Below, in pieces: positions 37,452 to 46,437 of a DNA stretch of 64,000 nt. This DNA comes from an uncultured Candidatus Saccharibacteria bacterium. Its GTDB lineage: Bacteria; Patescibacteriota; Saccharimonadia; Saccharimonadales; Saccharimonadaceae. Numbering within the stretch: position 1 is the stretch's first letter; every line of letters starts with the position of its first letter. The translations under genes and the position numbers were made by a program. The notes beneath the pieces are model-generated. The model ran no database searches. It was not told the DNA's origin and saw only the letters and a program-made list of their open reading frames with translations. The stretch spans positions 497,031 to 561,030 of the forward strand of contig OY970356.1 in the NCBI GenBank assembly GCA_963718685.1, read 5' to 3'.

Positions 37452-38621
37452 CTAAGCTTTTTTCTTTCTAACAGCGCCGGTTTTCTTCTGGTAATGGCCG
37501 GTATAGATAGTGCTTAGCTGTGCGCCCACGCCGAACCAAACCACGGCCAACATCGCAAAGAAGCCGATTATCGGAATAAAGTAAACTACAAGCACCACAA
37601 AGCTGCCAAGCAGCATAATCGGCACCGGTTGTTTAGATTGTTTTAGTAGCAATCGGCCAACCGAGTAGCCGGCAATAGGCCCGCTTAGGAAAAGTAGCAA
37701 GAACCATATCAACAGCATTAGAAGTGCCAATGGAATGCCAACTATCGTAATCATCAATGCCAAGATAATCAGCGGTACAATTAGCGAAGCTACCAAACCG
37801 ACTAAAATCGTGCGGCCGGGCTGAGTCAAAATATTCTCGGCCACATAGTGCACTTTTCTAGGAAATGCCAGCACGACTGCTAGTGACACAATCAACATAG
37901 AGACCAAAAAGTACAGCCATGCTCCACTGGCTAGTGGTGCCACAACATGAACACCTTTATTCTCGTGATCGTTCATTGGCTCCGAGCGTTGCACGCTTCC
38001 ACCAACCTTTGAACCTTTTGCTTGTTCAACTTCATTCTTGCTGGTGTAAGCGATATCACCGCCCACAGAAGAACTCTTGCCAAGCTCAAGCTGGCGCACA
38101 TCGCCGTTTACATCACGGCCAACACTGCCGTTAACATTGATATTATCGCCGTTAGCCAGCAAATCGCGGCCAACCTTGCCATTAAGCGTGGCATGCTGGC
38201 TCATAACCGTAGCGTCACGGCCAACAGAGCTTTTAGAATCGGTTGTAAATGTTTGGCCTGCCACCGTAGCATTGCCAACCACATCGCCGCCAAGCGTTAC
38301 GCTCTGGCCTGCCAGGCGAACATCACCTGTCACGCTAGCGTCAACCCGCACGCTTTGCCCGGCGCAAATCACATCGCCGTGCACTATGCCGGTAATATCC
38401 ACGTTCTGTCCGGCACAAAAAATGTCGCCATCCACTTCACCGGCGACCGTTACGTTACTGCCCGCGATATAAAGCGAGCTGTTTATCTTCTCGCCTTTGG
38501 CCAGGTTCGGGCTGTCACCTGTTTTAAATGTGCCGGCCGCACTGGCCGCTCCGCCAACTAAAAACACTCCTAGCACAACGGCTAAAAGCGCGCCTAAAAT
38601 CCTTTTATATTTCATAACCAT
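37452..38621 (-). CDS. membrane protein with bactofilin-like beta-helical repeats
   Basis: Signal/TM, repeated GDV..AGQSV..G units, four C-terminal TM helices. Confidence 0.6.
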   Translation of the reverse strand: MVMKYKRILGALLAVVLGVFLVGGAASAAGTFKTGDSPNLAKGEKINSSLYIAGSNVTVAGEVDGDIFCAGQNVDITGIVHGDVICAGQSVRVDASVTGDVRLAGQSVTLGGDVVGNATVAGQTFTTDSKSSVGRDATVMSQHATLNGKVGRDLLANGDNINVNGSVGRDVNGDVRQLELGKSSSVGGDIAYTSKNEVEQAKGSKVGGSVQRSEPMNDHENKGVHVVAPLASGAWLYFLVSMLIVSLAVVLAFPRKVHYVAENILTQPGRTILVGLVASLIVPLIILALMITIVGIPLALLMLLIWFLLLFLSGPIAGYSVGRLLLKQSKQPVPIMLLGSFVVLVVYFIPIIGFFAMLAVVWFGVGAQLSTIYTGHYQKKTGAVRKKKA

Positions 38622-38685
38622 TCCCCCTTATCCTACTTTTAATTATACACCCGTTTACCAAATAAATGCCCCAAGCAAAATCTAG

Positions 38686-38714
38686 TTGAGAAATATTTCT
38701 ATTTATTATATAAT
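38686..38714 (+). promoter_or_regulatory. promoter of the Gam-like gene (TTGAGA-17-TATAAT)
   Basis: -35 at 38686-38691, -10 at 38709-38714, GAGGTGG SD at 38750-38756. Confidence 0.55.
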
Positions 38715-38759
38715 CTTACTACTAGTCTTCTAGAGTACCTACATATAGCGAGGTGGAAA

Positions 38760-39296
38760 ATGGCTAACGACCTAGCCAAAGAGGCCGATGAGCTCCTGGA
38801 GTCTATCGGCGACGTTATAAACAAGCTGGAGATCCAAGAAAACCAGCTTAACGAACGCATCAAAAAAGTCAAAGGCGAGTTCGGCGACAAAATCGACGAG
38901 CTCACCAAGCGGCGCGACGACTTGGCCGGCCAGCTCGCCGGTCTGGCAAAACAGCACCGCAAAGAGCTGGTCGAGCCCGGCACTAAGATGATTTCGCTGC
39001 GTCACGGCCAAATCAGGTGGCGGCGGTCGCCACGGGCGCTTGAGGTGGAGGACCACGAGGCCATCATTATTGAGCGAATTCGTCGGCTTCGCGGTCTACG
39101 CACGTTCACTCGCGTAGGCAAACGCACGCTCGACAAAACCAAGCTCAAGGCAGCGCCCGGCTTCGTCACCAGGGTGAAAGGTCTCAAAATCACCCAAACC
39201 GAAGACCTGGTCATCGACCCGGCCAAAGTTCAAAGCGAGATCGTCCGCACGGGCGACCCGCTCAAATTCCCTGCCAGCCAAGAAGGAGAGGACTAG
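38760..39296 (+). CDS. Mu Gam-like host-nuclease-inhibitor (DNA-end-binding) family protein
   Basis: 178 aa. N-terminal coiled coil, then ISLRHGQIRWRRSP...LDKTKLKA, which resembles the Mu Gam family. GC-rich. Confidence 0.6.
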   Translation: MANDLAKEADELLESIGDVINKLEIQENQLNERIKKVKGEFGDKIDELTKRRDDLAGQLAGLAKQHRKELVEPGTKMISLRHGQIRWRRSPRALEVEDHEAIIIERIRRLRGLRTFTRVGKRTLDKTKLKAAPGFVTRVKGLKITQTEDLVIDPAKVQSEIVRTGDPLKFPASQEGED

Positions 39297-39300
39297 AAAC

Positions 39301-39328
39301 CGCCCCAGTGTTTAAAAGCACTGGGGCG
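39301..39328. terminator. bidirectional hairpin between the convergent gam-like gene and hsdR
   Basis: CGCCCCAGTG-TTTAAAAG-CACTGGGGCG, perfect 10-bp stem. Confidence 0.7.
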
Positions 39329-39335
39329 AATCTAA

Positions 39336-42300
39336 TTATGCTTGCTTTTTACTCCACTCTTCACCAAACAAACTAGCTTGTTCAAGCACTAAATCTGTAG
39401 CTACTTTCTCTTCATCTGGTGGATATCCATATTCGCGCAAAGCTCGCTTAACTTCTCGTCGTAACAATGCCTGCGCACTTGAGCGAAGCGTCCAATCAAC
39501 ACTAAGGTTTTTTCTAATTCTTTCAACTAAAATTCTAGCTAGATTTCTCAATTTTTCATCACCCATAACTTTACGTGCACTGCCATTCTGGACTAAGGCA
39601 TCGTAAAAAGCTATCTCATCCGATGACAGCCCTAGACTTTCAGCTTCCTTGTCCGAGTCTCGCATGTTTTTAGCAATTTTTATCAACTCTTCAATAACCT
39701 GCGCCGCTTCAATTGTATTGTTCTTATACTTCAACAAGGCTTTCTCGAGCATATCAGCAAAAGAGCGGGCCTTTACAGCATTTGTGTTAAATTTAGCCTT
39801 AATTTCATCGTTAAGAAGTTTTTGCAAGGCTTCTACGGCAAGATTCTTGTGTTCCATATTACGAACTTCAGCTAAAAACTCATCCGACAATATTGAAATG
39901 TTGGGCTTTTCAATCCCAGCAGCTTCAAAAATATCAACCACACCGGCAGGTGCTATTGCCTTATCTACAATTTGCCTAATCGCCAAGCCATAATCTTCAT
40001 CGGTTTTTCCTTTTTCTACCAGCTTAGCTAAACGTGCTTTTACGGCCTGAAAGAAAGCTAATTCTTCGCGTATTGCCAATGCGTCAGGATGAGGCACAGA
40101 CAAAGCAAAAGCCTTAGAAAGTTCCAGCACATGCTGCTTTAAACGCTCTTCGCCTTCTTCTTGTTTCAAGATAAGTTCTTGAGCATTTAAGATTATCTGT
40201 AGCTGCTCCGATGTCCCAGCTTTAAAGTATTTTTTATAGTCAAACCCGTGAAACAGGTCGCATACAATTTCATATTTTTGTTTCATCATAGCAACTGCTT
40301 CTTCTTGATCAAGAGCTGGCTTGCCCTTACCACCACTAAGTGTGTAATCGCTCAGCGCATTGCGTAACGCGCCAGCAATTCCTAAATAATCAACAACTAA
40401 GCTGCCTGGCTTATCTTTATAAACGCGGTTAATTCTAGCTATTGCCTGCATTAAGTTATGGCCTTTTATAGGTTTATCTAGGTACATCGTGTGTAAGCTA
40501 GGTACATCAAAACCTGTTAGCCACATATCACAAACAATCACTAATTTAAGAGGCGAGTCAGCTTTTTTCATATGTTCAGCCAGCTCTTTTCGTCTCTGCT
40601 TGTTACGAATATGTTCTTGCCAAGCCAGCTCGTCTGTAGCCGAACCAGACATGACTACTTTTAAAAATCCCTGTTTATCGTCTTTGCTATACCATTCCGG
40701 GCGGATTTCTACCAATGCATCGTGTAGCTCTACTGCAATTCGTCGGCTCATAGTTACAATCATGCCTTTTCCGTCCATCACACTCAGGCGGTTTTCAAAA
40801 TGCTCAACGATATCTTGGGCAATGCGTTTTATACGTTTTTCATTTCCGACTATAGCTTCCGCTTGCGCCCACTTGCCTTTTAGCTCTTCTTTTCGGGTCA
40901 ACTCTTCACCTTTAGTCAGCTCGTCAAAATCTTTATCAATCGTCTTTCGCATCTCTTCGTTAATATCAAGATCAATCAAACGCGACTCATAAAAAATCGG
41001 CACCGTAGATTTATCTTCTACTGCCTGCTCAATATCGTAAATATCTATATAATCACCAAAAACTGCTGGAGTGTTTTTATCTTCCGCTTCAATTGGCGTT
41101 CCGGTAAAGCCAATGAAGTTTGCATTAGGCAGCGCATCGCGAATGTGTTTAGCAAAGCCATCCATAAAGTTATATTGGCTACGGTGCGCTTCATCGGCCA
41201 TAACTATGACGTTGTTGCGATCACTTAGTAAAGGAAAGCTTTTGCCATCTTCTGGAAAGAATTTAGCGTTAGTCGTAAATATCACTCCACCAGATTTTAC
41301 TTTTAATAGCTCTTTTAAGTTTTCGCGACTCTCGGCTTGCTTTGGAGCCTGTCTTAGTAATTCTTTACAGCCGCTGAAAGTTCCAAACAGTTGGTCGTCT
41401 AAGTCATTCCTGTCTGTTATCACCACAATCGTTGGGTTATTAAACTGCTTCTTTTCGTCAAGCACTAATTTTCCAGCTAAGAATGCCATGCTAAGTGACT
41501 TGCCCGACCCTTGCGTATGCCAAACCACACCGATTTTATGGTCACCGTTCATAGCGTTAGTGGTAGCCGCCAAAGCCTTATTAACTGCCCAATATTGATG
41601 ATAACCAGCCAGTTTCTTTACTAATGCCTCGTCACTTTCGCCTTCTCGCTCAAAGACCACATAATTGCGCACAATATCTAACAATCTGGCCCTATCGCAC
41701 ATTCCCCGCAGCAGCACCTCCATCATTGGCACGCCAGAATGTTCTTTATCTCCATTTACAGTTTTCCAGGCATTAAACCTCTCATAATCCGCAGTTATTG
41801 TGCCGGCTTCGGCTTCTATTCCATCAGTTATTACCAGCAATTCATTAAAACGAAATAGCGTTGGCACTTCATCCATATATGTTTGCAGTTGGTTATAGGC
41901 TTTTTTAATTGTGGCCTTTTCGTCGCTTGGGTCTTTTATCTCAATCACACCTAGCGGCAAGCCATTTACAAAAAGTACAATATCCGGCCGGCGGTTATTT
42001 TCGCCCTGTATTACAGTTAGCTGATTAACGGCTATAAATTTATTGTTATACAGATTATCTTCATCAAATAGCTTAACTTTTTTGGTGCGTATTTCACCGT
42101 CTTTTGCACGATATTCTATATCTACACCGTTAACTAAAAGTTTGTGAAATTCGTGGTTATCAAGCAGCAAGTTTGGGGCGCTACTTTGCTTTATCTTTTT
42201 TACTGCTTCTTCTAGCTCTTCCGAGGAAAGTTCGTTGATTTTTGTAAGCGCAGAACGTAGCTTACTTTCTAAAATTACATCGCTATATTGCCGTCTAGTA

Positions 42301-42398
42301 TCCTCGCCATCAGGTCCAATATCTGGGCCATGCAAAACTTCCCACCTTAAATCAGCTAATATTTTTAGTGCTTCTTGCTCTACTTTATCCTCGGTCAT
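39336..42398 (-). CDS. hsdR: Type I restriction enzyme R subunit
   Basis: Nuclease core [20 protein letters not shown], helicase motifs [16 protein letters not shown] and TGTPI, 1020 aa. Confidence 0.95.
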   Translation of the reverse strand: MTEDKVEQEALKILADLRWEVLHGPDIGPDGEDTRRQYSDVILESKLRSALTKINELSSEELEEAVKKIKQSSAPNLLLDNHEFHKLLVNGVDIEYRAKDGEIRTKKVKLFDEDNLYNNKFIAVNQLTVIQGENNRRPDIVLFVNGLPLGVIEIKDPSDEKATIKKAYNQLQTYMDEVPTLFRFNELLVITDGIEAEAGTITADYERFNAWKTVNGDKEHSGVPMMEVLLRGMCDRARLLDIVRNYVVFEREGESDEALVKKLAGYHQYWAVNKALAATTNAMNGDHKIGVVWHTQGSGKSLSMAFLAGKLVLDEKKQFNNPTIVVITDRNDLDDQLFGTFSGCKELLRQAPKQAESRENLKELLKVKSGGVIFTTNAKFFPEDGKSFPLLSDRNNVIVMADEAHRSQYNFMDGFAKHIRDALPNANFIGFTGTPIEAEDKNTPAVFGDYIDIYDIEQAVEDKSTVPIFYESRLIDLDINEEMRKTIDKDFDELTKGEELTRKEELKGKWAQAEAIVGNEKRIKRIAQDIVEHFENRLSVMDGKGMIVTMSRRIAVELHDALVEIRPEWYSKDDKQGFLKVVMSGSATDELAWQEHIRNKQRRKELAEHMKKADSPLKLVIVCDMWLTGFDVPSLHTMYLDKPIKGHNLMQAIARINRVYKDKPGSLVVDYLGIAGALRNALSDYTLSGGKGKPALDQEEAVAMMKQKYEIVCDLFHGFDYKKYFKAGTSEQLQIILNAQELILKQEEGEERLKQHVLELSKAFALSVPHPDALAIREELAFFQAVKARLAKLVEKGKTDEDYGLAIRQIVDKAIAPAGVVDIFEAAGIEKPNISILSDEFLAEVRNMEHKNLAVEALQKLLNDEIKAKFNTNAVKARSFADMLEKALLKYKNNTIEAAQVIEELIKIAKNMRDSDKEAESLGLSSDEIAFYDALVQNGSARKVMGDEKLRNLARILVERIRKNLSVDWTLRSSAQALLRREVKRALREYGYPPDEEKVATDLVLEQASLFGEEWSKKQA

Positions 42399-43438
42399 TG
42401 CGCTAGCCTCATTCTAGCAGCAGTTCTTCTAATTTTTGCAATTCTAGGATCTTTGGTATCAGTATTAAATTCTCCCGCATTTTTCTTATCTAATAAAAAA
42501 TCCAGGGCCTTCTGATTATATTTTCTAAGTTCACTGTTTTTATAGGGTTTAAAAATATGCATATATTCATCTTTCTGCAATCCATAATAAATTGCTAAGG
42601 ACCTACCATTATTTGCCTTAGACGAGGAGTTTCCTTTAAATCCAAGCTTCTCCGCTAGTAGGGCGGCATTGTATTTAAATTCAATTTCCGGATCGATTTT
42701 CCTTTCTATAATTGTACCAGCGCCTGTTATATCTCCGATGATCCTTAAAGTTGGCGATCCGTCTTTTTCTTCAAATTGTCCTTCTTTTATGAATTTTATT
42801 TTTTTCAATAGTTCTTCATCTATCACAACGCGCCCACTATTTCCCGATAACTCTCCAGTATTAACATTTAAAACCGCTGCATTTTCAACTCCAACCTTTG
42901 CCATTCTTTCAAGTTGGGCCAGCCAAAGCTGTTTCTCTTTTTCACGTTTATCATCAATCATTTTTAATAACTGAGAAGAATTAATGCGTTCTGACCTTGC
43001 ATTATTCCTGAAATAAATATCACCATCTTTAAGGCTTTGTCCGCTTTTTGTACAAACTATAGGTTTTTGGTCATGCTCATAAATGTAAATCCATCCGATC
43101 TTTGTTCTCTTATTTAATTCTAAGATTTCCATTTCAAACAAGGGAATGCTGGAAAAGTAAGATTTTAATGATTCTGATATTATTTCTGGTGTAATCTTAG
43201 AGAAATTATTGGAACTTAATCCTATTATTTTATGAGGGCTATCTTGAACACCAAAAATTAATAAACCACCTTGGTTATTGGCAAACGCAACCATGGCTTT
43301 CATATAAGTTTCTTTATAATCGCCCCAGATGAAGCTCTGTTTAAAATCAAGCTTACTTGATTCTCTAGCTATAACGTGTCCTCTTTTATTAGTTTTGAGC
43401 CTAGTTTTAACGAAGTCTCTAATTGCTTCTAAATTCAT
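42395..43438 (-). CDS. Schlafen/AlbA_2-like domain protein embedded in the R-M operon
   Basis: [10 protein letters not shown] ... [18 protein letters not shown] ... [12 protein letters not shown] matches the AlbA_2 signature by eye. ~180-aa C-terminal region unassigned. ATGA overlap with hsdR. Confidence 0.65.
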   Translation of the reverse strand: MNLEAIRDFVKTRLKTNKRGHVIARESSKLDFKQSFIWGDYKETYMKAMVAFANNQGGLLIFGVQDSPHKIIGLSSNNFSKITPEIISESLKSYFSSIPLFEMEILELNKRTKIGWIYIYEHDQKPIVCTKSGQSLKDGDIYFRNNARSERINSSQLLKMIDDKREKEKQLWLAQLERMAKVGVENAAVLNVNTGELSGNSGRVVIDEELLKKIKFIKEGQFEEKDGSPTLRIIGDITGAGTIIERKIDPEIEFKYNAALLAEKLGFKGNSSSKANNGRSLAIYYGLQKDEYMHIFKPYKNSELRKYNQKALDFLLDKKNAGEFNTDTKDPRIAKIRRTAARMRLAQ

Positions 43439-44274
43439 TACTCATTCCTCAGTAACTGAAAAAGCATTATTGTGTAATGCAAGACAAACCCGGCTTCTTC
43501 ATGAGTGGGTGCTCGACCTGTACCAGTCTGGTGGTTTCCTCGTATTTTTGAAAAGTCTTTCATGATTTCAAGAAATTTGTCATTGTCATATAAAGTATCA
43601 GCCGGTAATGGATAGTCCTCAGGATTTGTTCGCATCTTTTGCAACAAAGTTCCGAGTTGGGTTCTGGTTTCATTTGGAAAATATTTATCCCTCAATAGAC
43701 CAGCCAGAGCATCCGTGCAGCGAGTCACTGTTTTCTCATCGTCAGGTTCCATACCGTAGTGAGACTCCCAAGCTTCCGCCACCAAGTCGTTTGCATTCAT
43801 TATTTCTTCTACCTGTTTTTTAACAATTGGAACAACTCTGTATATTAACTTCATTTTGGTTTGTTTCCATTTTACTGCTCTATCCTCTGTTACCACATTC
43901 ACCTTTTTAATTTCAACTTTATAAGCAGAGCTGGCTTCGCTTAGTATTTGTTCGAGCCTCTTACCTTCTTCTTCATCAGCGATTTTTTGTAATATATAAG
44001 ATAAAACATTACGAGACACTTTATTGCTAGAAAATATAGTGTCAAAAAAATCGGTCTCATTAGGAGGCAAAGAGCTTCTCAATTGCCTACTTAGCGGCAA
44101 AAGAAAAGTGTCAAAAAAATATCCTCTTCCTATCACACCTTGGGCCATGTCATGTTTCTTCAGGACATTGAAAATCCAGTTCTTAACACTTGGCAGGAGA
44201 TAGTTAGTAAAATCCTCAGTCAGTACAGACTTGTCAAACTCATATTCTTTGTCAAAAGGCTCGAAGTTGGTCAT
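43438..44274 (-). CDS. hypothetical helical protein, Abi_C/AbiJ-like layout (tentative)
   Basis: 278 aa. C-terminal TRCTDALAGLL...LGTLLQKM...FSKIRGNHQTGTGRAP...AGFVLHYTIMLFQLL resembles the Abi_C layout but lacks a clean Rx4-6H. Coupled at both ends. Confidence 0.4.
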   Translation of the reverse strand: MTNFEPFDKEYEFDKSVLTEDFTNYLLPSVKNWIFNVLKKHDMAQGVIGRGYFFDTFLLPLSRQLRSSLPPNETDFFDTIFSSNKVSRNVLSYILQKIADEEEGKRLEQILSEASSAYKVEIKKVNVVTEDRAVKWKQTKMKLIYRVVPIVKKQVEEIMNANDLVAEAWESHYGMEPDDEKTVTRCTDALAGLLRDKYFPNETRTQLGTLLQKMRTNPEDYPLPADTLYDNDKFLEIMKDFSKIRGNHQTGTGRAPTHEEAGFVLHYTIMLFQLLRNE

Positions 44275-45413
44275 ACTTTTATCTTTCCAGAGATTAGGCG
44301 TGGCAGTAGTGAATCTCGCAATTTAATCAAAGTTTGAATTTCCTGGTCATTATTGTGCATATGTACTCTTAGGGGCTTTACTTCATCGCCAAAATTATTA
44401 ATTTTGCTAGTCGGTGGTAACTTAACGCCAAGTTCTTCAACAGCAGTTCTGCTTAACTCCGTTTGCCCCGTTGTGCCGCTTCCCATGTCTTCAAATACCG
44501 GTTCTAGGTAGCGCATCATTTCGCCAAAGAAATATTTGTTAATGGTTGGTCTTACAACCGTAACATGTGAATCGAAAGTAGTATTTTCTGGCACTTCATC
44601 AACCTGGGCCACACGCCCTAACGTTCCTACGCCTGTAGAATTAATCAAAACGTCGCCATCGATCAACAATTTTTCACTACCGAATGTTTTACTCTGTCTC
44701 CGTGCGTTAATTAGGCTTAGCCTCTTAGCCCGTATACAACGCTGGTTTACCACCAAAGTTTCGCCTCGTTCGTCGTACTTTGGAGATATGCCGCGGCTAA
44801 TATAATCTGAGATTTTCTTGAGTGTTACAGTTTCCCAGCTTTTGGCTTCGGGATTGTCTATAAAATAATACTTAAAAAGGGCTTGGCCGATTTTTTCTAA
44901 AGTCTCGTTCATTTGTCGATTCAATTCAATCTTTTCGTCAATTGACTCTAGTATTTTTACTGCATTGATCTGGTTAGATTCACCTGGCAGATCTACCTTT
45001 AGTTCCTTAATACTCTTCAAGCTGATTGTTTTTTGCGTAGAACCCGTAGTCTTAAACTTTATTTGTCTTTTTCCCTCTGGCGATACCAACCAGTAGTAAA
45101 TATATCGACTGTTAACTTTCGGTAGAATAAAAACAGTATTTTGACCTAGGCAGAAATCTTCATCAAATCGTACATAAGAGGGTATACCTTCTGTACCAAC
45201 ACGAGAAAATACAATATCACCCTGTTTGGGTTTGTGCTTTTTGGAGAATTGTTTATACACTTCATGATCCACACGGAAACAATTTGAGGTATCTAAATAT
45301 CCTGACTTGATATCCGTTACCCGAACCATTGGAAACCCAGTCTCAGCATATTTTGGAGTCTGGTGCAGACTATCGACAATTTCCGCAACATCACCAAGCA
45401 AAACCGTCTTCAT
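44271..45413 (-). CDS. hsdS: Type I R-M specificity subunit
   Basis: Two target-recognition halves separated by helical spacers, 380 aa, between hsdM and hsdR. Confidence 0.85.
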   Translation of the reverse strand: MKTVLLGDVAEIVDSLHQTPKYAETGFPMVRVTDIKSGYLDTSNCFRVDHEVYKQFSKKHKPKQGDIVFSRVGTEGIPSYVRFDEDFCLGQNTVFILPKVNSRYIYYWLVSPEGKRQIKFKTTGSTQKTISLKSIKELKVDLPGESNQINAVKILESIDEKIELNRQMNETLEKIGQALFKYYFIDNPEAKSWETVTLKKISDYISRGISPKYDERGETLVVNQRCIRAKRLSLINARRQSKTFGSEKLLIDGDVLINSTGVGTLGRVAQVDEVPENTTFDSHVTVVRPTINKYFFGEMMRYLEPVFEDMGSGTTGQTELSRTAVEELGVKLPPTSKINNFGDEVKPLRVHMHNNDQEIQTLIKLRDSLLPRLISGKIKV

Positions 45414-45955
45414 TTTTTCTTATCCTTGCTTTGAGCACTATTGGGTTGACGTGATGATTTTGCACCCATAAGAAGTCCGAATTCTTTTGGTTTTATCGTT
45501 GTATCGTAATCATTAATTAAAGGTCGCATAAGTCTTATTGCTCCACTTCCTAGCCTACGATTTGATAGGCCAATATCTTTCCTCATTGCCCTGAACACAT
45601 TAGTCATAAGAACCATCGTGTGAAAACCGTCGCTGTTGCCCTTGTATGAGTTCTGTAGCATATCGGCATATGCGTTTATTACCTTCGGGGACGAATACAG
45701 AACTGCTTTCCGATGAAAATCTTTCATTTTTTTAACTATTTCTTTTTGCTGATTGGGCGTAACCTCGGTTTCTTGCTCTTGCAGATCGCTGAGGAACTTC
45801 AAAATAAAGTTTACATACTCTTGGTACATTTCGCGCTTAATTTGTGCGTTTTCTGAACTAAACTGAGCTTTTTTATCCAGAAAATACTTAATAAGATAAC
45901 CGATTGCGCCGCTAGATATAATCCCTATTAGGGTCAGCCAATTTTCTGTAGTCAT
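45410..45955 (-). CDS. single-pass membrane protein of unknown function embedded in the R-M operon
   Basis: WLTLIGIISSGAIGYLIKYF TM, then a helical domain and a basic tail. ATGA overlaps at both ends. Confidence 0.6.
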   Translation of the reverse strand: MTTENWLTLIGIISSGAIGYLIKYFLDKKAQFSSENAQIKREMYQEYVNFILKFLSDLQEQETEVTPNQQKEIVKKMKDFHRKAVLYSSPKVINAYADMLQNSYKGNSDGFHTMVLMTNVFRAMRKDIGLSNRRLGSGAIRLMRPLINDYDTTIKPKEFGLLMGAKSSRQPNSAQSKDKKK

Positions 45956-46437
45956 TTTTTTTGTTCCTTTGTTGGGAATTGGTTGAAATATGGTCCCCGT
46001 AAATCTGCGGCTCGTTCTAGCTCTGCATTTATTTTTATTTGCAATTCAGCATGTTTTTTAGCTTGCTCTTCAACGTCAAAAAAATCACCGGAGTATAAGA
46101 TACCCTTATCCGCTATATGTGTGCCGTGTGCAAAAATGTTGCGGATTTTAAGCCAATTACTGAACAGTGTTCTATTGAGCTTACCGCTATTCCCATGCAT
46201 TCGTTCGTATATTTTTGCTAAAATATTGATTTTTGTATCCAACGAGATTCCCCTATCATTCATTACGTCAAACATGAACGCCAAATATGTGGCTTGATAA
46301 TTTGCCTTTGGACATCGAGTATAGAACTCGGTTATGTAAGCGTTTATCATGCTCTCTATAGATGTCGCCTGAGCGATCACTCTTCCTATTAGTCCTAGCT
46401 CTAGAGTAAGCTTGTCTGTACAATTATCAGAACTCAT
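45952..46437 (-). CDS. small HEPN-domain protein (predicted RNase) embedded in the R-M operon
   Basis: 161 aa, all-helical. CGC AAC ATT TTT GCA CAC = RNIFAH (Rx4H) at 46126-46143, followed by G. Confidence 0.6.
   Translation of the reverse strand: MSSDNCTDKLTLELGLIGRVIAQATSIESMINAYITEFYTRCPKANYQATYLAFMFDVMNDRGISLDTKINILAKIYERMHGNSGKLNRTLFSNWLKIRNIFAHGTHIADKGILYSGDFFDVEEQAKKHAELQIKINAELERAADLRGPYFNQFPTKEQKK

Noticed and set aside
38022-38561. Long plus-strand ORFs (179 aa and 131 aa) antisense to the 37452-38621 gene; likewise 38699-39281 antisense to gam, 62023-62637, 17454-17945, 40489-41598 and 28798-29528
   Set aside because: They lie antisense to well-supported genes and have low-complexity, Ser/Pro/Ala/Arg-rich translations. 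They have no start context. Such shadow ORFs are typical of GC-richer or codon-biased stretches.
42395-45955. Alternative genetic code (UGA as sense, as in some Patescibacteria)
   Set aside because: RF2 is present and TGA acts as the stop in the four ATGA gene overlaps of the R-M operon. ORFs are full length under the standard bacterial code.
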